From NCBI RefSeq assembly GCF_009914755.1, contig NC_060927.1: DNA of 64,000 nucleotides; one strand, written 5' to 3'. The DNA comes from the human T2T-CHM13v2.0 reference genome, Homo sapiens. How positions within the stretch are numbered: the first letter of the stretch is position 1; every line of letters begins with the position of its first letter. The notes under the pieces were generated by a model. The model searched no databases. It had not been told where the DNA came from and was given only the letters and a program-made list of their open reading frames with translations. Positions 12,171 to 27,623 of this stretch are shown here, piece after piece. The translations under genes were made by a program, and so were the position numbers.

Positions 12171-14077
12171 CCCATTTTACAGATAAAGAAACTGAGGCCA
12201 CAGTTAGTGTTCCAGCCAGGATCAATTCAGTGTTGTTTCTACCCCTAAAATACTGTTTAAAAACTTCCTGTCACATTCATCTATAAGGCCCGAGTTAGTC
12301 CTGTCCCAGAACCCTGAAGGGTAGGCGGGCCCACAGTCTACGTAGAGTGCCCGTTTGATAAGATAGAGCTATAGTCGACACAGGCCCCACTCTGTGAGTT
12401 CAGACTTTGGGATGTGCCTCTTTTTCTGTCCTTCTCTGCCTCTTTTAATTTGGAAGAAACTGTCAGAAAGGGTGATTGATCCTTCTGCAAGCACATCTCT
12501 AACTGGAACTAACTGCTTTAACCAGGACGCATGAGGCTGGGCGGCTTCCGACCCATCAGATGGCTCAGAACTGAGACTTGCAAGTTTAATAGCTTTGCTG
12601 CTGGGGAATAGCACAGCCCTCCTCGGGATTTCTCATTGTCTTTTTCAGTGATTTTAATACTCAGAAAAATGTGCTGAGCAGTCAGCACTCAAGGCAGAAT
12701 GACTTTATCTGAGTAGAGTTCAGAGACGCCCCATGGTGTGTGGCTCCGGCTCCGCCAAACCACTCCGCCACAGGAGGTGAGCACCTGCTCGGGTGGGCGA
12801 GGCCTGGCATGAGGGATTTCCACAGACTGCTGGGACCCCTGCCCCCGACAGGGGCGATCACCTCTCACCACCACCTAGCCCAGTGGTAGGGGCCAAGATG
12901 CCAGTCTCCACGGAGTGAGGCACGGCTCTGTTAAATCCCACCAGCCAAAGACCCCTGAGCACATACTCATAGGTGGAAACAGTGTATTAGCATGCCGCAG
13001 CAACAGAAAAATGTACCAGGAGAACCCGGGACATCTCAGGAAAAGGGAGTTGGGAGGGGCTTGTTATGAGGTTTAGGCCTGTGTTAGGTTGTTGGGGAAA
13101 GGTTTAAGAAAGGCTTGTTCTGCATTTGATGCTGTCAGGAAGTAGGGGCAGTTTGATGATTGGGGATCTTAATAATCTTTACACAAGAGGTAGAAGGAAT
13201 GAAGCAGGCATAGAGCTGCTGTTAGTAAAGAAGCAGCAGTCATCACTCGAATCAGCTGGAAGAGGGGATGTTGAGTTTTTGTGGTTGCAGAGCGTCCTTG
13301 CCTCTCTGTCCAGATAGAATCACCGCGTGCCCTTGTCTCCATCTCCTTCCACCATGATCACAGAGTGAGCTGGTCTGATTATTGCTGATATTCTGTAAAC
13401 GCTCGTGCATAGGTGAGAATACTCTGGTCTAGCTGTCAGCTGCCAACGGTCAGGGCCATGGTTTTCCTTCCTTGCAGCAAGCAGGCATCCTCAGCCTCCT
13501 CCTCCACAGTAGTGGGAGGACCACGGAGTCAGAACGGAGGTGCAAGCGACCTCTCTTCTCACGTGTCCTGTGCAGCCCCTGTGAGGCTGGGGGCTGAGAG
13601 GTAATTGTTTGGGCTGTGCTGTGACTTTAGGAGCAGGGCCCACTCTGTGCCTCTCACGTGCTGAGCAGAGTGTGTCCCTGGAATCCACACTCCTACCTGT
13701 CTCACCCATCTCTCCCCCAGAGTCTATCTTGGCAGTCCTGCATCTATGCAATCAACTGAGTTAGAACATAGCAAGTCCAGCTGACTCCTTCCCACAAGAG
13801 AGGCCCTGGCCCTGTTACTAACCCCTAAGAGTCCATTTCCTTATCTATACATTAAGGGAGAATAATCCCTGTTTCATAGGATTGCTGTGGGGATGCTGGC
13901 TGGAGATAATGCATGTAAACTAGAAAGTATGCGTCGGGAAGGGAGGAACCTGTCCTCTCTGGCTCCTGCTGTTTCTCTATCACCCAGGATGGCGGCCAGC
14001 ACATAGATGCATGATAAATATTGGTTAAATCAACAAATGGAAGTGCCCCACAAAGTAATCAGTTAATAAGAGGCAGC

Positions 14078-14515
14078 TATGTTGGTTTCCCAGGGCTACC
14101 ATAACAAAGGATTACAAACTGGGTGGCTTAAAACAACAGAAAGCTATTCTCTCACAGGCCTGGAGACTAGAGGCTGGAAACCAAGATGTTAGCAGGGGCA
14201 GCTCCTTGTGAGGACTGTGAGAGAGAATTGGTCCCAGGCTGCTCTCCCAGCTCTGGTGATGGCGGGCAATCTTTGGCCTTCCTTGGCCCGTAGATGCATC
14301 ACCCCCATCTCTACCTTCATTCTTCCATATGTCTGTGTCCAAATTTTCCTCTTTTCATAAGGATGCCAGTTACATTAGATGAGAGCCTACCCTAATGACC
14401 TCAACTTGATGACATCTGTAAAGATCTTATTTCCAAAAAAAAGGTCACCTTCACAGGTACTGGGGGTCAGGACTGCAACTTATCTTTTGGATGGTACACA
14501 ATTAAATCCATAACA
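14078..14515 (-). mobile_element. MLT1C/D-type MaLR solo LTR
   Basis: gggctaccataacaaa..ggtggcttaaaacaacagaaa ... cccataaca. Confidence 0.8.
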
Positions 14516-14672
14516 CTGGCTATTGTTCTTTTCACATTATAGTCCTGATTCCCAACATTTTGTCCTGTTTTGTCAACTGTCATTTAAAAATGTTGCAGAA
14601 ATATCAGTATTTCTGCACCTAACCCATTTCATCCTCTCTTCCTTTTGTACTTGAAATTAAATTCCACATCCT

Positions 14673-14984
<312 letters not shown>

Positions 14985-16399
14985 CTATCAAACTACTTGG
15001 GCTATTGGGGCCCAGAAAGGAAAGCTGTACAGAGAGTCCAAGAGAATGCTGTTCATATAGTAGAAACACAGTAAATGCCACTAAGCTGCTGTGTGACCTT
15101 GGACAAGTTACTCCACCTCTCTCAGCCTCAGTTTTCTTAACTGTTAGATAAAGGCATTGGATCTCACTGACATCTCCCTGCACACACACAGGGAATAGGC
15201 AAGATTCCCTTTTAGAATTCTGGTAGGTAGATGAGATGGATCGTTTCCCTGGACATGCAGAAACCTGGTGCCACTGACTCCTACCTCTCTCTTCACTTCT
15301 GTGTACCCTGAGATGAAGCCCTCTCCCTCTGAGGCTCCTCATCTGTAAAATCAGAGGGTGGAATGTTCTGATCTCCCAAGCCCGCAGCCATAGAGGAGGC
15401 TGTCACTGCTCCCCATCATCTCTGAGCAGTGGATGAAGCCTATAGAAGAGAGGCAGCCTCCGATGAGCTCATTGTCCCCATTCTTTGGTTGGCTGGCTGG
15501 AAATGGGAATGTTCAGTACATTTTGGGCACCTCCTTCATTCCTGAGGCTCAGGTGGTAGCCTATGCCCCAACATTAATGAAGCAGCAGTTATATTACCCC
15601 CAGCCCAGCACCTGCCAGAATATAGCCCAGGTGTTGCCAGAATATAGCCCAGGTGTTGCCAAATGGCAGGGTAGGGAGAAACTGTCCGGACAGGGGGGTT
15701 GCCGAGAGACAGCAAAGCCAACGCCTCACCCAAGTTCACAAAAGCCCAGATTAAACCAATGAACAGCTGGAATTTCTAACTTGGACAGCCCCAGGATTGT
15801 GCCTGCCTATACCTGGTACTGAATACGTGAGCCTTCTTGCTCCTTCTTGGACACACCCTGTCATGGTTCCAGATACCCACTGCTGTGATTTTGAGCTTCT
15901 TTGTTACACTGAAAATCCTAAGAGCAGAGGTATAGTCTGATTATTTCTGAACCTAAAACCTAGCACAATGCCAGGCACAAAGAAAGAAGAGAAGGAAGTC
16001 AGGAAGGCAATAAGGAAAGTAGGAAGGATGGAAGAGGAAGGAAGAAAGGGAGGGAGGGAAAGAGGGAGACTGCAACAGAATATCACAGTGGCTAATGGTG
16101 CAAGCCGTAAAGTGCAAAAGAACTGAGTTCAAACTCTGGTTTTGCCATTGACTGGCTTTGTGACCCAAGGCAAATCGCTTAACCTCTCTGAATTCCAACG
16201 TCCTGTACTATTCACTCCACCGGGTTGTTGTGGGAATTAAATAATTCACTTAGAACACTTAGCATAGTGCTTGCCCATGGTAAGCATTCGGCAAACTGTG
16301 GTAGTAATCTGCGTCATCATTTATAGTACTTAAAACAATAATAACCGCATGGACTACACAGCCCTCTGACATCACCTGCCCAGCCAACTTTTCCGTACT

Positions 16400-17805
<1,406 letters not shown>

Positions 17806-18625
17806 TGGTTCTGATCCCTTTGAAATTTAAAGGAGAATGAAATCAGTGGGAAAAGGCTTTGTTAGTGTCACAGATAAGGCTACAACTCCTTAGCCTGTGG
17901 GTGTAACTACTGTCACGTGTAAATACAGAATCCTGGGTGACGGTGGCATGCATTGGCCCTGCCTTCTTCCTCACCAGCAGTCTCTCAGTATGACATTGTC
18001 ATGGTAGCTACTATAAGGCTGGCACAGGTTTCGGTTTTATTATGGTCATTCATGAGATTTTTAATGAGGGCTTACTATGCACCAAGCACTATGGGAGTTC
18101 AAATATCAGAGCCAAAATTCTTGGACTCTGGGACCTGGAGGTCTAGAAGGGATGAAGTGTAAACAAATCCACACACTGGTCCATCCCTGTTACATGCCAA
18201 GCACTGTGCTGGGCACGTGATGGATGTCAACCGTAGGTCAAACAGGAAGGACTCACGAAGTACAGTTACAAATGCAGCTTTGGTTTGATAGGGCCCTCTC
18301 CCAAGATCCCTTTCAACTTGCTCAGTGGGTGGTAGACATTCTTCCCAGCCCCTGGGCGAAAACATGGAGGGTCCCATGATTTTTCTGATCACTTGCAGGA
18401 AACTAAAAACGTCACACTCGTTTTAAGCCACAAAACAGTATCAACTCAGGAAATAGAATGTCCAGTTGATATATTATTCAACATATCAACCCTCACTTTC
18501 TCCCCTGCCCAGGTAGGGCCAAGCACCTAGCAAGGATGCTGAAGTCAGTTCCGTCTCTCTTTCCTGCTATTCTCCTCACTCCCACTTCCCTGTGGCTGTT
18601 TCTAGCCCAGTTGAAATCTAAGCAG

Positions 18626-19141
18626 GACAAAGGGACGGGAAAGGGAAAGGGAAAGGGAAGGGAAGGGAAGAAGGGAAGGGAAGGGAAATAAAGAAGGGAA
18701 GGGAAATAAAGAAGGGAAAGGAAGGGAAGGGAAGGGAAATAAAGAAGGGAAGGGAAGGCAAGGGAAATAAGAGAAAGGAGGGCAAGGGAAGGCTAGGGAA
18801 GGCAAGGGAAGGGAGGGGAGGGGGAAGTGGAGGGGAGGGGGAGGGGAGGGGGAGGGGGAGGGGAGGGGGAGGGGAGGGGAAGGGGAGGGGAAGGGGAGGG
18901 GAAGGGGAGGGGAAGGGGAGGGGAAGGGGAGGGGAAGGGGAGGGGAAGGGGAGGGGAGGGGGAGGGGAGGGGAAGGGGAGGGGAGGGGAAGGGGAGGGGA
19001 GGGGAAGGGGAGGGGAGGGGGAGGGGAGGGGAGGGGAAGGCAGGGCAGGGAAGGGCAGGGCAGGGCAGGGAAAGGAAGGGAAGGGAAGGAAAGGGAAAGA
19101 AAGGGAAGGAAAGGGAAGGAAAGGGAAGGGAAGGGAAAAAG
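18626..19141. repeat. ~515-bp polypurine tract, (GGGAA)n/(GGGGA)n
   Basis: read directly. Confidence 0.97.
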
Positions 19142-22100
19142 CTCTTCCTTGTCAGATATTGTTTTAAGTTAGTGTCACAGCATCTGGGTCCGGCTAACAT
19201 TAAAGTCAGATTCTTTCTCTTGGGGACACTTTTCTGGATTCCTCTTAGACTCCCCTCTTGGAGCATCTGCAGGCACAAGCCCCTTCTTCAGTTGACCGCC
19301 TGTGACCCCTCCCCCAAGTTTCTGCCTCTGCAGTATGGCCCACTGGCATCCCCTCACCCTCGCAGGCTGCCCTCCCAAATGCCCCCTGCTGACGTGCCTG
19401 TCAAGGGCTCCACACCTCCCAAAGATGGAAGCACCTGTCAGGCATTGTAAGAGGAGTGCAGTGACTTTGCAGTCATCTCAGCTCAGACAACTGAGCATCC
19501 CTTTATACATACATCTCTTTTAATCATCTTGCAATCCAGGAAAGAAAGCTCCCTTATCCCTTTTCTACAAATAGACTTTTAGAGAATTACACAATCACTA
19601 AGTGACAAAGATGAGGTTTGAGCCCTGTCTCTCCAAGTCAAATCCCACGATATTCCCATGAGTCCTTGCTGTTGGATTCCAAAAAGCAAAGGGTCCACTC
19701 TGGGGCCTGGGACAAGCCATCAAACTTCCATCTTGATTCTTCATCTTTCATGATTTCCAAGAGCTCTTCACATTCTAAAACTCTATAATAAAATTTCTGA
19801 GTTGAGGAAGCCTAGAAGCACATGGCAGAGAATTCTGCGGAGGCCTCCCTCTTCTGCGTGGGAGGAAGTCCCCACAGCTCAGCTCTTCCTAAGAGCTCTC
19901 TGCCCTGACACCCTACGTGATATGGGCATGTGCCTCCAGCAAGTACAGGGCAGAGAGAGAGAAACATCATTTAAGTGGTGCTGGCATTAAGTGGTGATGA
20001 CATAGCCTCATGTCCAGTACTGAGTGGGAGATGGAAAGCATGCATTTGCTTCCTTTCCAGACAGGCTGGCTCATTTCCCCTGTGCCTCTCATGATGAGAG
20101 GATTATGCATGCTGAGTATGATGCTGGTGATTCAAGTGAGGAAGTTTCCAGATACCATGCATGACTCCTGGTTTAAGCCAATTATCTCATCATGGTTCAA
20201 CCAAAGAAACAATAATTTATTCAAATGCTGGAGAAAACTCCCAGCCATGCTGGTTTTATTGATTCTGGGTCTCCAAGATGGTGCCCTTCTAAAGAATTTC
20301 CAAGGATCATTTTGTGCAATTGCAATGTTCTCCTTAGACCTTCGTCACCATTGGTGGGACTTCAGTGCTTAGCAGCTCAAGGAACCCAGCATGTTCTCCG
20401 TAGCTGTATCCTCTAGATCCTCACAGCCTCCCTTTAGAATAAGCAGAACAGGTGTCATTACCTCCTTTTTACAGATAAAGAAACTGAAGCTCAGCAGTGA
20501 TAAATACGATGTCTGGTGAAAAGCAGAGCCAGGACTTGAACCTTGGTTTCCCAATCCAAGCCTAACACTTTGAGTCCTATACCTTCTTTTTGCTGATGTT
20601 CACACAAGATCAAGTGAGCATTTCCCTGCCCTTCCTAATCCTCTACTTACCAGAATCCCACCTCCCTGCTCCTTAGCCAGCTTGGGGTTGGAGAATGGGG
20701 TGGCATTTCAGGCAGTGTAAGGTTGAGGATTCTTTCATGATTCTTCCAGTAGGACATCAGACACATCCATCCTGGCAATAACACACTAAACTGTCCATTA
20801 CGTCCCACTGGAATCAATTGAGGTTATGTTTCTGACAACAGAGAATAGTTTGTTCCCTTCGTTACATTAGCCTGGGCCAAGGGGTAAAGCATATCTATCC
20901 CTTTATTGCCCGTAAGTGTCCCTTAGTTCCAGTGGAGATTAAGAAAACTGGAATTTATTGAGCACATACTATATGCCAGAATTTGTTCTGAGGGTTTTGC
21001 ACATCTTAAATCATTTAACCTCACAAAAACCCTATGGGGCCATTCCTTGTATGATTCCTTTTTATAGATGAGGAAACTGATACACAGCACCAGTTAAATA
21101 ACTTTTCCAAGGTTCACAGGTTGAAGTGATAGAGACAAAACCTTTAACGTGGGTAGTTGGATTCCAGAGTCTGTATGCCCGGGTCCACTCTCGACAGACT
21201 AAAGCTCAAAACAGTTTGACCTTGAGGTTTTCCAGGAGGAAAAGCATGAGGCTGAGGAGAACACTTATGTTAGATTGGATTCCTGAGACGCAAAGCCCAA
21301 GCCTAGGGTTCTCTTGTGGGCCACGTAGTATGGAAGTGCTCCTGGAGAAACCCGCAAGAGGCAGGGAGGCAGGACACGGAGGGAGGACCAAGCAAGGGAG
21401 CCACCTCAGGGCTGCCCCACCCCCAAGCCAGGGCGCTGGGCTTTCATGCCCCCAGCTGTCAGACAGAGCCAGTAAGTCAGGCTCTGGGGCCCTAGGGCAC
21501 TGCTCCACAAATGAGCCACAGGGCCCGGCTGTGGGGAGTGAATGCACATGGAACGTGGGGACACAAAAAAATAGTTCCAAAAAAAAAAAAGAGGATGGGT
21601 CAGAGCAGTGACAGTACCTGCTGCAGCAGCCACGCCTGGGATAGGAAAGGAGCACCTGTGATCTGCCGTAAGCCTCAACAGGTCCCACGCGAATTTCTGA
21701 GGAACTTAGATTCCTCTGATGTTGGCAAGTGCCCAGGAAATATCTTGTCAGAGGAAAGTCGGGGATAACTGTCTGTGCAGGGCCACCTTCGGGTAAACAC
21801 GCAGGGCCTGTTGGAGAGCCACCTGGGTGACTGGGACTGCGTCCACATGACCTCTGCAGTCACCCCGCCCACTGTTCCCTAAGGCCACACTTGCATACCG
21901 CCTGCCCTCGCTCTGACCTGCCTTCTCCATCAAACTTGTCCCAGCCAGTCTCTCCCTGTGTCTGTCAGGGTCGCAAGATGTATCAGCCACTGTGCTAGTT
22001 TTCTTTTCCAAGTTGATTTTATTTATGCGATCGATCTCATTTTGTTCTTAATTATGAAATATTTTTAACACATAAAAAGCCACCTAATACTCAGCATTGT

Positions 22101-22341
22101 CAACTCAGTGTTATTTGTTAAAAAAACCTTTTTTTAAAACCTGAAATCAAAGATTTTAGATATAATTGAAACTCCCCTTGTACTCTGTCCTGATTGAATT
22201 CCACCCCCACCCCCCCAGAGGTCACTGCTGCCCTAAATTTGGTGCTTACCACTCCCATGAAAGTTTTACTACATATGTATAAAACCTTTCCTAGGACTAT
22301 TTTGCATTATTTTAAACTTTATGTTAAATTGTGTTATACTG

Positions 22342-22700
22342 TGTATTAGTCAGGGTTCTCCAGGGAAACATAACCATAGAATGTGTACAGAGAGAGATTT
22401 ATTTTAGGGAATTGGCTCACACAGTTATGGAGGCTAGAAGTCCAAGATCAAAGTGTCAGCAGGTTGGGAGGCCCAGGGAAGAGGTGACGCTGCAGTTCAA
22501 GGCTGAAGGCTGTCTGCTGGTGGAATCCTATTTTCTCAGGGGACCTCAGTCTTTGCTCTGTTAAATCCCGCAACTGATTGGATGAGAATACCCACATTAT
22601 GGCACGCAGGCAACCTGCTTTACTCAAAGTCCACCAATGTCAATGTTAGTCTCATCCAAAAACACCTTCACAGAAACATCTAGATTGTTTGACCATCACA
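22342..22700 (-). mobile_element. MLT2-type ERV-L solo LTR
   Basis: tgtattagtcagggttctccag..ggaattggctcacacagttatggaggct. Confidence 0.8.
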
Positions 22701-22852
22701 TATTATTTCCATCTGCAACTTACTTTCTTCACTTATTGTGTTTTTGAGATTTATCTATGTTGACAAATCTATCATTTCATTGTATATGAGGGGACTTCAA
22801 AATGTTCCTGGAAAAAAAATGGAATTAAGAGATAAAAATACAAAATGTAAAC

Positions 22853-23600
22853 TTTTTTTTTTTTATTATTATACTTTAAGTTTTAGGGTACATGTGCACA
22901 ATATGCAGGTTAGTTACATATGTATACATGTGCCATGTTGGTGTGCTGCACCCATTAACTCGTCATTTAGCATTAGGTATATCTCCTAATGCTATCCCTC
23001 CCCGCTACCCCCACCCCACAACAGTCCCCGGTGCGTGATGTTCCCCTTCCTGTGTCCATGTGTTCTCATTGTTCAATTCCCACCTATGAGTGAGAACATG
23101 CGGTGTTTGGTTTTTTGTCCTTGCGATAGTTTGCTGAGAATGATGGTTTCCAGTTTCATCCATGTCCCTACAAAGGACATGAACTCATCCTTTTTTATGG
23201 CTGCATAGTATTCCATAGTGTATATGTGCCACATTTTCTTAATCCAGTCTATCATTGTTGGACATTTGGGTTGGTTCCAAGTCTTTGCTATTGTGAATAG
23301 TGCCGTAATAAACATACGTGTGCATGTGTCTTTATAGCAGCATGATTTATAATCCTTTGGGTATATACCCAGTAACGGGATGGCTGGGTCAAATGGTATT
23401 TCTAGTTCTAGATCCCTGAGGAATCGCCACACTGACTTCCACAATGGTTGAACTAGTTTACAGTCCCACCAACAGTGTAAAAGTGTTCCTATTTCTCCAC
23501 ATCCTCTCCAGCACCTGTTGTTTCCTGACTTTTTAATGATCGCCATTCTAACTGGTGTGAGATGGTATCTCATTGTGGTTTTGATTTGCATTTCTCTGAT
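22853..23600 (-). mobile_element. 5'-truncated young L1PA (approx. PA3-PA4): ORF2 C-terminus, 3' UTR, poly(A)
   Basis: ORF 23073..23684 contains [18 protein letters not shown] and ends MFSLIGGN; poly(T) at 22853. Confidence 0.97.
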
Positions 23601-26600
23601 TTTCTTCTGCAATGCCGCTTGACCCCAATACACACTCGACAGTAGTTCCAAATAGCCAGAAAACGGCACTTTCAATTTTTCCACCCTACAAGATCTAAAT
23701 AATTCTTGTCATAAAATGGGCAAATGGTCTGAGGTGCCTGATGTCCAGGCATTCTTTTACGCATCGGTCCCTCTCTAGTCTCTGTTCCCAATGCGACTCA
23801 TCCCAAATCTTCCTTCTTTCCCTCCCGCCTGTCCCCTCAGTCCCAACCCCAAGCGTCGCTGAGTCTTTCTAATCTTCCTTTTCTACAGACCCATCTGACC
23901 TCTCCCCTCCTCACCAGGCCGAGCTAGGTCCCAATTCTTCCTCAGCCTCCGCTCCTCCACCCTGGTCCGCTCCTTTTATCACCTCCCCTCCTCACACCTG
24001 GTCCGGCTTATGGTTTCATTCCGTGACTAGCCCTCCCCCACCTGCCCAGCAATTTACTCTTAAAAAGGTGGCTGGAGCTGAAGGCATAGTCAAGGTTAAT
24101 GCTCCTTTTTCTTTACCCCAAATCAGATAGCGTTTAGGCTCTTTTTCATCAAATATAAAAAACCCAACCCAGTTCATGGCAGCAACCCTGAGACGCTTTA
24201 CAGCCCTAGACCCTAAAAGGTCAAAAGGCCGTCTTATTCTCAATATACATTTTATTACCCAATCTGCTCCTGACATTAAATAAAACTCCAAAAATTAAAT
24301 TCCGGCCCTCAAACCCCACAACAGGATTTAATTAACCTCGCCTTCCAGGTGTACAATAATAGAAAAAAGTTGCAATTCCTTGCCTCCACTCTGAGACAAA
24401 TCCCAGCCACATCTCCAGCACACAAGAACTTCCAAACACCTGAACCGCAGCAGCCAGGCGTTCCTCCAGAACCTCCTCCCCCAGAAGCTTGCTTCAAGTG
24501 CCAGAAATCTGACCACCAGGCCAAGGAATGCCTGCAGCCCAGGATTCCTCCTAAGCCGTGTCCCATCTGTGCGGGACCCCACTGGAAATCGGACTGTTCA
24601 ACTCACCTGGCAGCCACTCCCAGAGCCCCTGGAACTCTGGCCCGAGGCTCTCTGACTGACTCCTTCTTGGCTTAGCGGCTGAAGACTGATGCTGCCCGAT
24701 CACCTCAGAAGCCCCGCAGACCATCACGGACGCCGAGCTTTAGGTAACTCTCACAGTGGAGGGTAAGTCCATCCCCTTCTTATCAATACGAGGCTACCCA
24801 CTCCACATTACCTTCTTTTCAAGGGTCTATTTCCCTTGCCTCCATAACTGTTGTGGGTATTGACAGCCAGGCTTCTAAACCTCTTAAAACTCCCCAACTC
24901 TGGTGCCAACTTAGACAATACCCTTTTAAGCACTCCTTTTTAGTTATCCCCACCTGCCCCGTTCCCTTATTAGGCCGAGACACTTTAAATTATCTGCTTC
25001 CCTGACTATTCCTGGATTACAGCCGCATCTCATTGCCGCCCTTCTCCCCAACCCAAAGCCTCCTTTGCATCTTCCTCTCGTATCCCCCCACCTTAACCCA
25101 CAAGTATGGGACATCTCTACTCCTTCCCTGGCAACCGATCACATGCCCATCACCATCCCATTAAAACCTAATCACCCTTACCCCGCTCAACGCCAATGTC
25201 CCATCCCACAGCACGCTTTAAAGGGATTAAAGCCTGTTATCACTCGCCTGCTACAGCATGGGCTTCTAAAACCTATAAACTCTCCTTACAATTCCCCCAT
25301 TTTACCTGTCCAAAAACCGCACAAGTCTTACAGATTAGTTCAGGATCTGCGCCTTATCAACCAAATTGTTTTGCCTATCCGCCCTGTGGTGCCCAACCGG
25401 TACACCCTTTCGTCCTCAATACCTTCCTCCACAACTCACTATTCCGTTCTTGATCTTAAAGATGCTTTTTTCACTATTCCCCTGCACCCCTCGTCCCAGC
25501 CTCTCTCTGCTTTCACCTGGACTGACGCTGACACCCATCAGTCCCAGCAGCTTACCTGGGCTGTGCTGCCACAAGGTTTCAGGGACAGCTCTCATTACTT
25601 CAGCCAAGCTCTTTCTCATGATTTACTTTCTTTCCACCCCTCTGCTTCTCACCTTATTCAATATATTGATGATCTTCTTCTTTGTAGCCCCTCCTTTGAA
25701 TCTTCTCAACAAGACACACCTCTGCTCCTTCAGCATTTATTCTCCAAAGGATATCGAGTATCCCCCTCCAAAGCTCAAATTTCTTCTCCATCGGTTACCT
25801 ACCTCGGCATAATTCTTCATAAAAACACACGTGCTCTCCCTGCCGATCGTGTCCGACTAATCTCTCAAACCCCAGCACCTTCTACAAAACAACAACTCCT
25901 TTCCTTCCTAGGCATGGTTAGCGCGGTCAGAATTCTTACACAAGAGCCAGGACCACATCCTGCAGCCTTTCTGTCCAAACAACTTGACCTTACTGTTTTA
26001 GCCTAGCCCTCATGTCCGCGTGCAGCGGCTGCCGCTGCTTTAATACTTTTAGAGGCCCTCAAAATCACAAACTATGCTCAACTCACTCTCTACATTTCTC
26101 ATAACTTCCAAAATCGATTTTCTTCCTCATACCTGACACATATACTTTCTGCTCCCCGGCACCTTCAGCTGTACTCACTCTTTGTTAAGTCCCACAATTA
26201 CTATTGTTCCTGGCCAGGACTTCAATCTGGCCTCCCACATTATTCCTGATACCACACCTGACCCCCATGACTGTATCTCTCTGATCCACCTGACATTCAT
26301 CCCATTTCCCCATATTTGCTTCTTTCCTGTTCCTCACCCTGATCACACTTAGTTTTTTGATGGCAGTTCCACCAGGCCTAATCGCCACACACCAGCAAAG
26401 GCAGGCTATGCTATAGTACAAGCCACTAGCCTGCCTCTTAAGAACCTCTCATTTCCTTTCCATTGTGGAAATCTATCCTCAAGGAAATAACTTCTCAGTG
26501 TTCCATCTGCTGTTCTACTACTCATCAGGGATTATTCAGGCCCCCTCCCTTTCCTACACATCAAGCTCGAGGATTTGCCCCCACCCAGGACTGGCAAATT

Positions 26601-27623
26601 AGCTTTACTCAAAGCCCCGAGTCAGATAACTAAACTACCTCTTAGTCTAGGTAGACACTTTCACTGGATAGGTAGAGTCCTTTCCTACAGGGTCTGAGAA
26701 GGCCACCGCAGTCATTTCTTCCCTTCTGTCAGACATAATTCCTCAGTTTAGCCTTCCCACCTCTATACATTCTGATAACAGACCAGCCTTTATTAGTCAA
26801 ATCAGCCAAGCATTTTTTCAGGCTCTTAGTATTCAGTGACAGACTAGCGGTCTATTAAAAACACACCTCACCAAGCTCAGCCAGCAACTTAAAAAGGACT
26901 GAACAATACTTTTACCACTTTCGCTTCTCAGAATTCAGGCCTGTCCTCGGAATGCTACAAGGTACAGCCCATTTAAGCTCCCGTATAGACGCTCCTTTTT
27001 ATTAGGCCCCAGTCTCTTTCCAGACACCAGACCAACTTAGACTGTGCCCCAAAAAACTTGTCATCCCTATCTTCTGTCTAATCATACTCCTATTCACCGT
27101 TCTCAACTACTCATACATGCCCTGCTCTTGTTTACACTGCCAGTTTACACTGTTTCTCCAAGCCATCACAGCTGATATCTCTTGGTGCTATTCCCAAACC
27201 GCCACTCTAAACTCTTGAAGTAAATAAATAATTTTTGCTGGCAGGACTATGCTGAATCTCCTTAGGCACTCACTAATCAGATGTCCTAGGTCCTGCCAAT
27301 TCTTAGACCTTTTATACCTGTTTTTCTCCTTCTCTTATTCCATTTAGTTTTTCAATTCATACAAAACCGTATCCAGGCCATCACCAATAATTCTACACGA
27401 CAAATGTTTCTTCTAACATCCCCACAATATCACCCCTTACCACAAAAATCTTCCTTCAGCTTAATCTCTCCCACTCTAGGTTCCCACGCAGCCCCTAATC
27501 CCGCTCGAAGCAGCCCTGAGAAACATCGCCCATTCTCTCTCTCCATACCACCCCCCAAAAATTTTCGCCGCCCCAACACTTCAACACCATTTTATTTTTC
27601 TTATTAATATAAGAAGGCAGGAA
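23601..27623 (+). mobile_element. HERV-H internal region (partial gag, pro, pol with deletions); no 5' LTR or PBS
   Basis: Gag zinc knuckles CFKCQKSDHQAKEC and CPICAGPHWKSDC (ORF 24349); RT motifs LDLKDAFF, LPQG, YIDD (ORF 25065..26006); polypurine tract aagaaggcaggaa at 27611-27623. Confidence 0.96.

Noticed and set aside
12970-13480. Possible old LTR fragment
   Set aside because: Looks LTR-like, but the family cannot be assigned with confidence
15614-15660. 22-bp perfect tandem duplication (gccagaatatagcccaggtgtt x2); similar small duplications near 11567, 32926 and 55253
   Set aside because: Ordinary slippage duplications with no sign of function
18793-19450. G/R/E-rich and P/S-rich ORFs
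   Set aside because: Translation of the polypurine tract
25065-26006. HERV-H RT ORF as a functional gene
   Set aside because: No ATG start, protease frameshifted, downstream pol deleted or stopped, no 5' LTR
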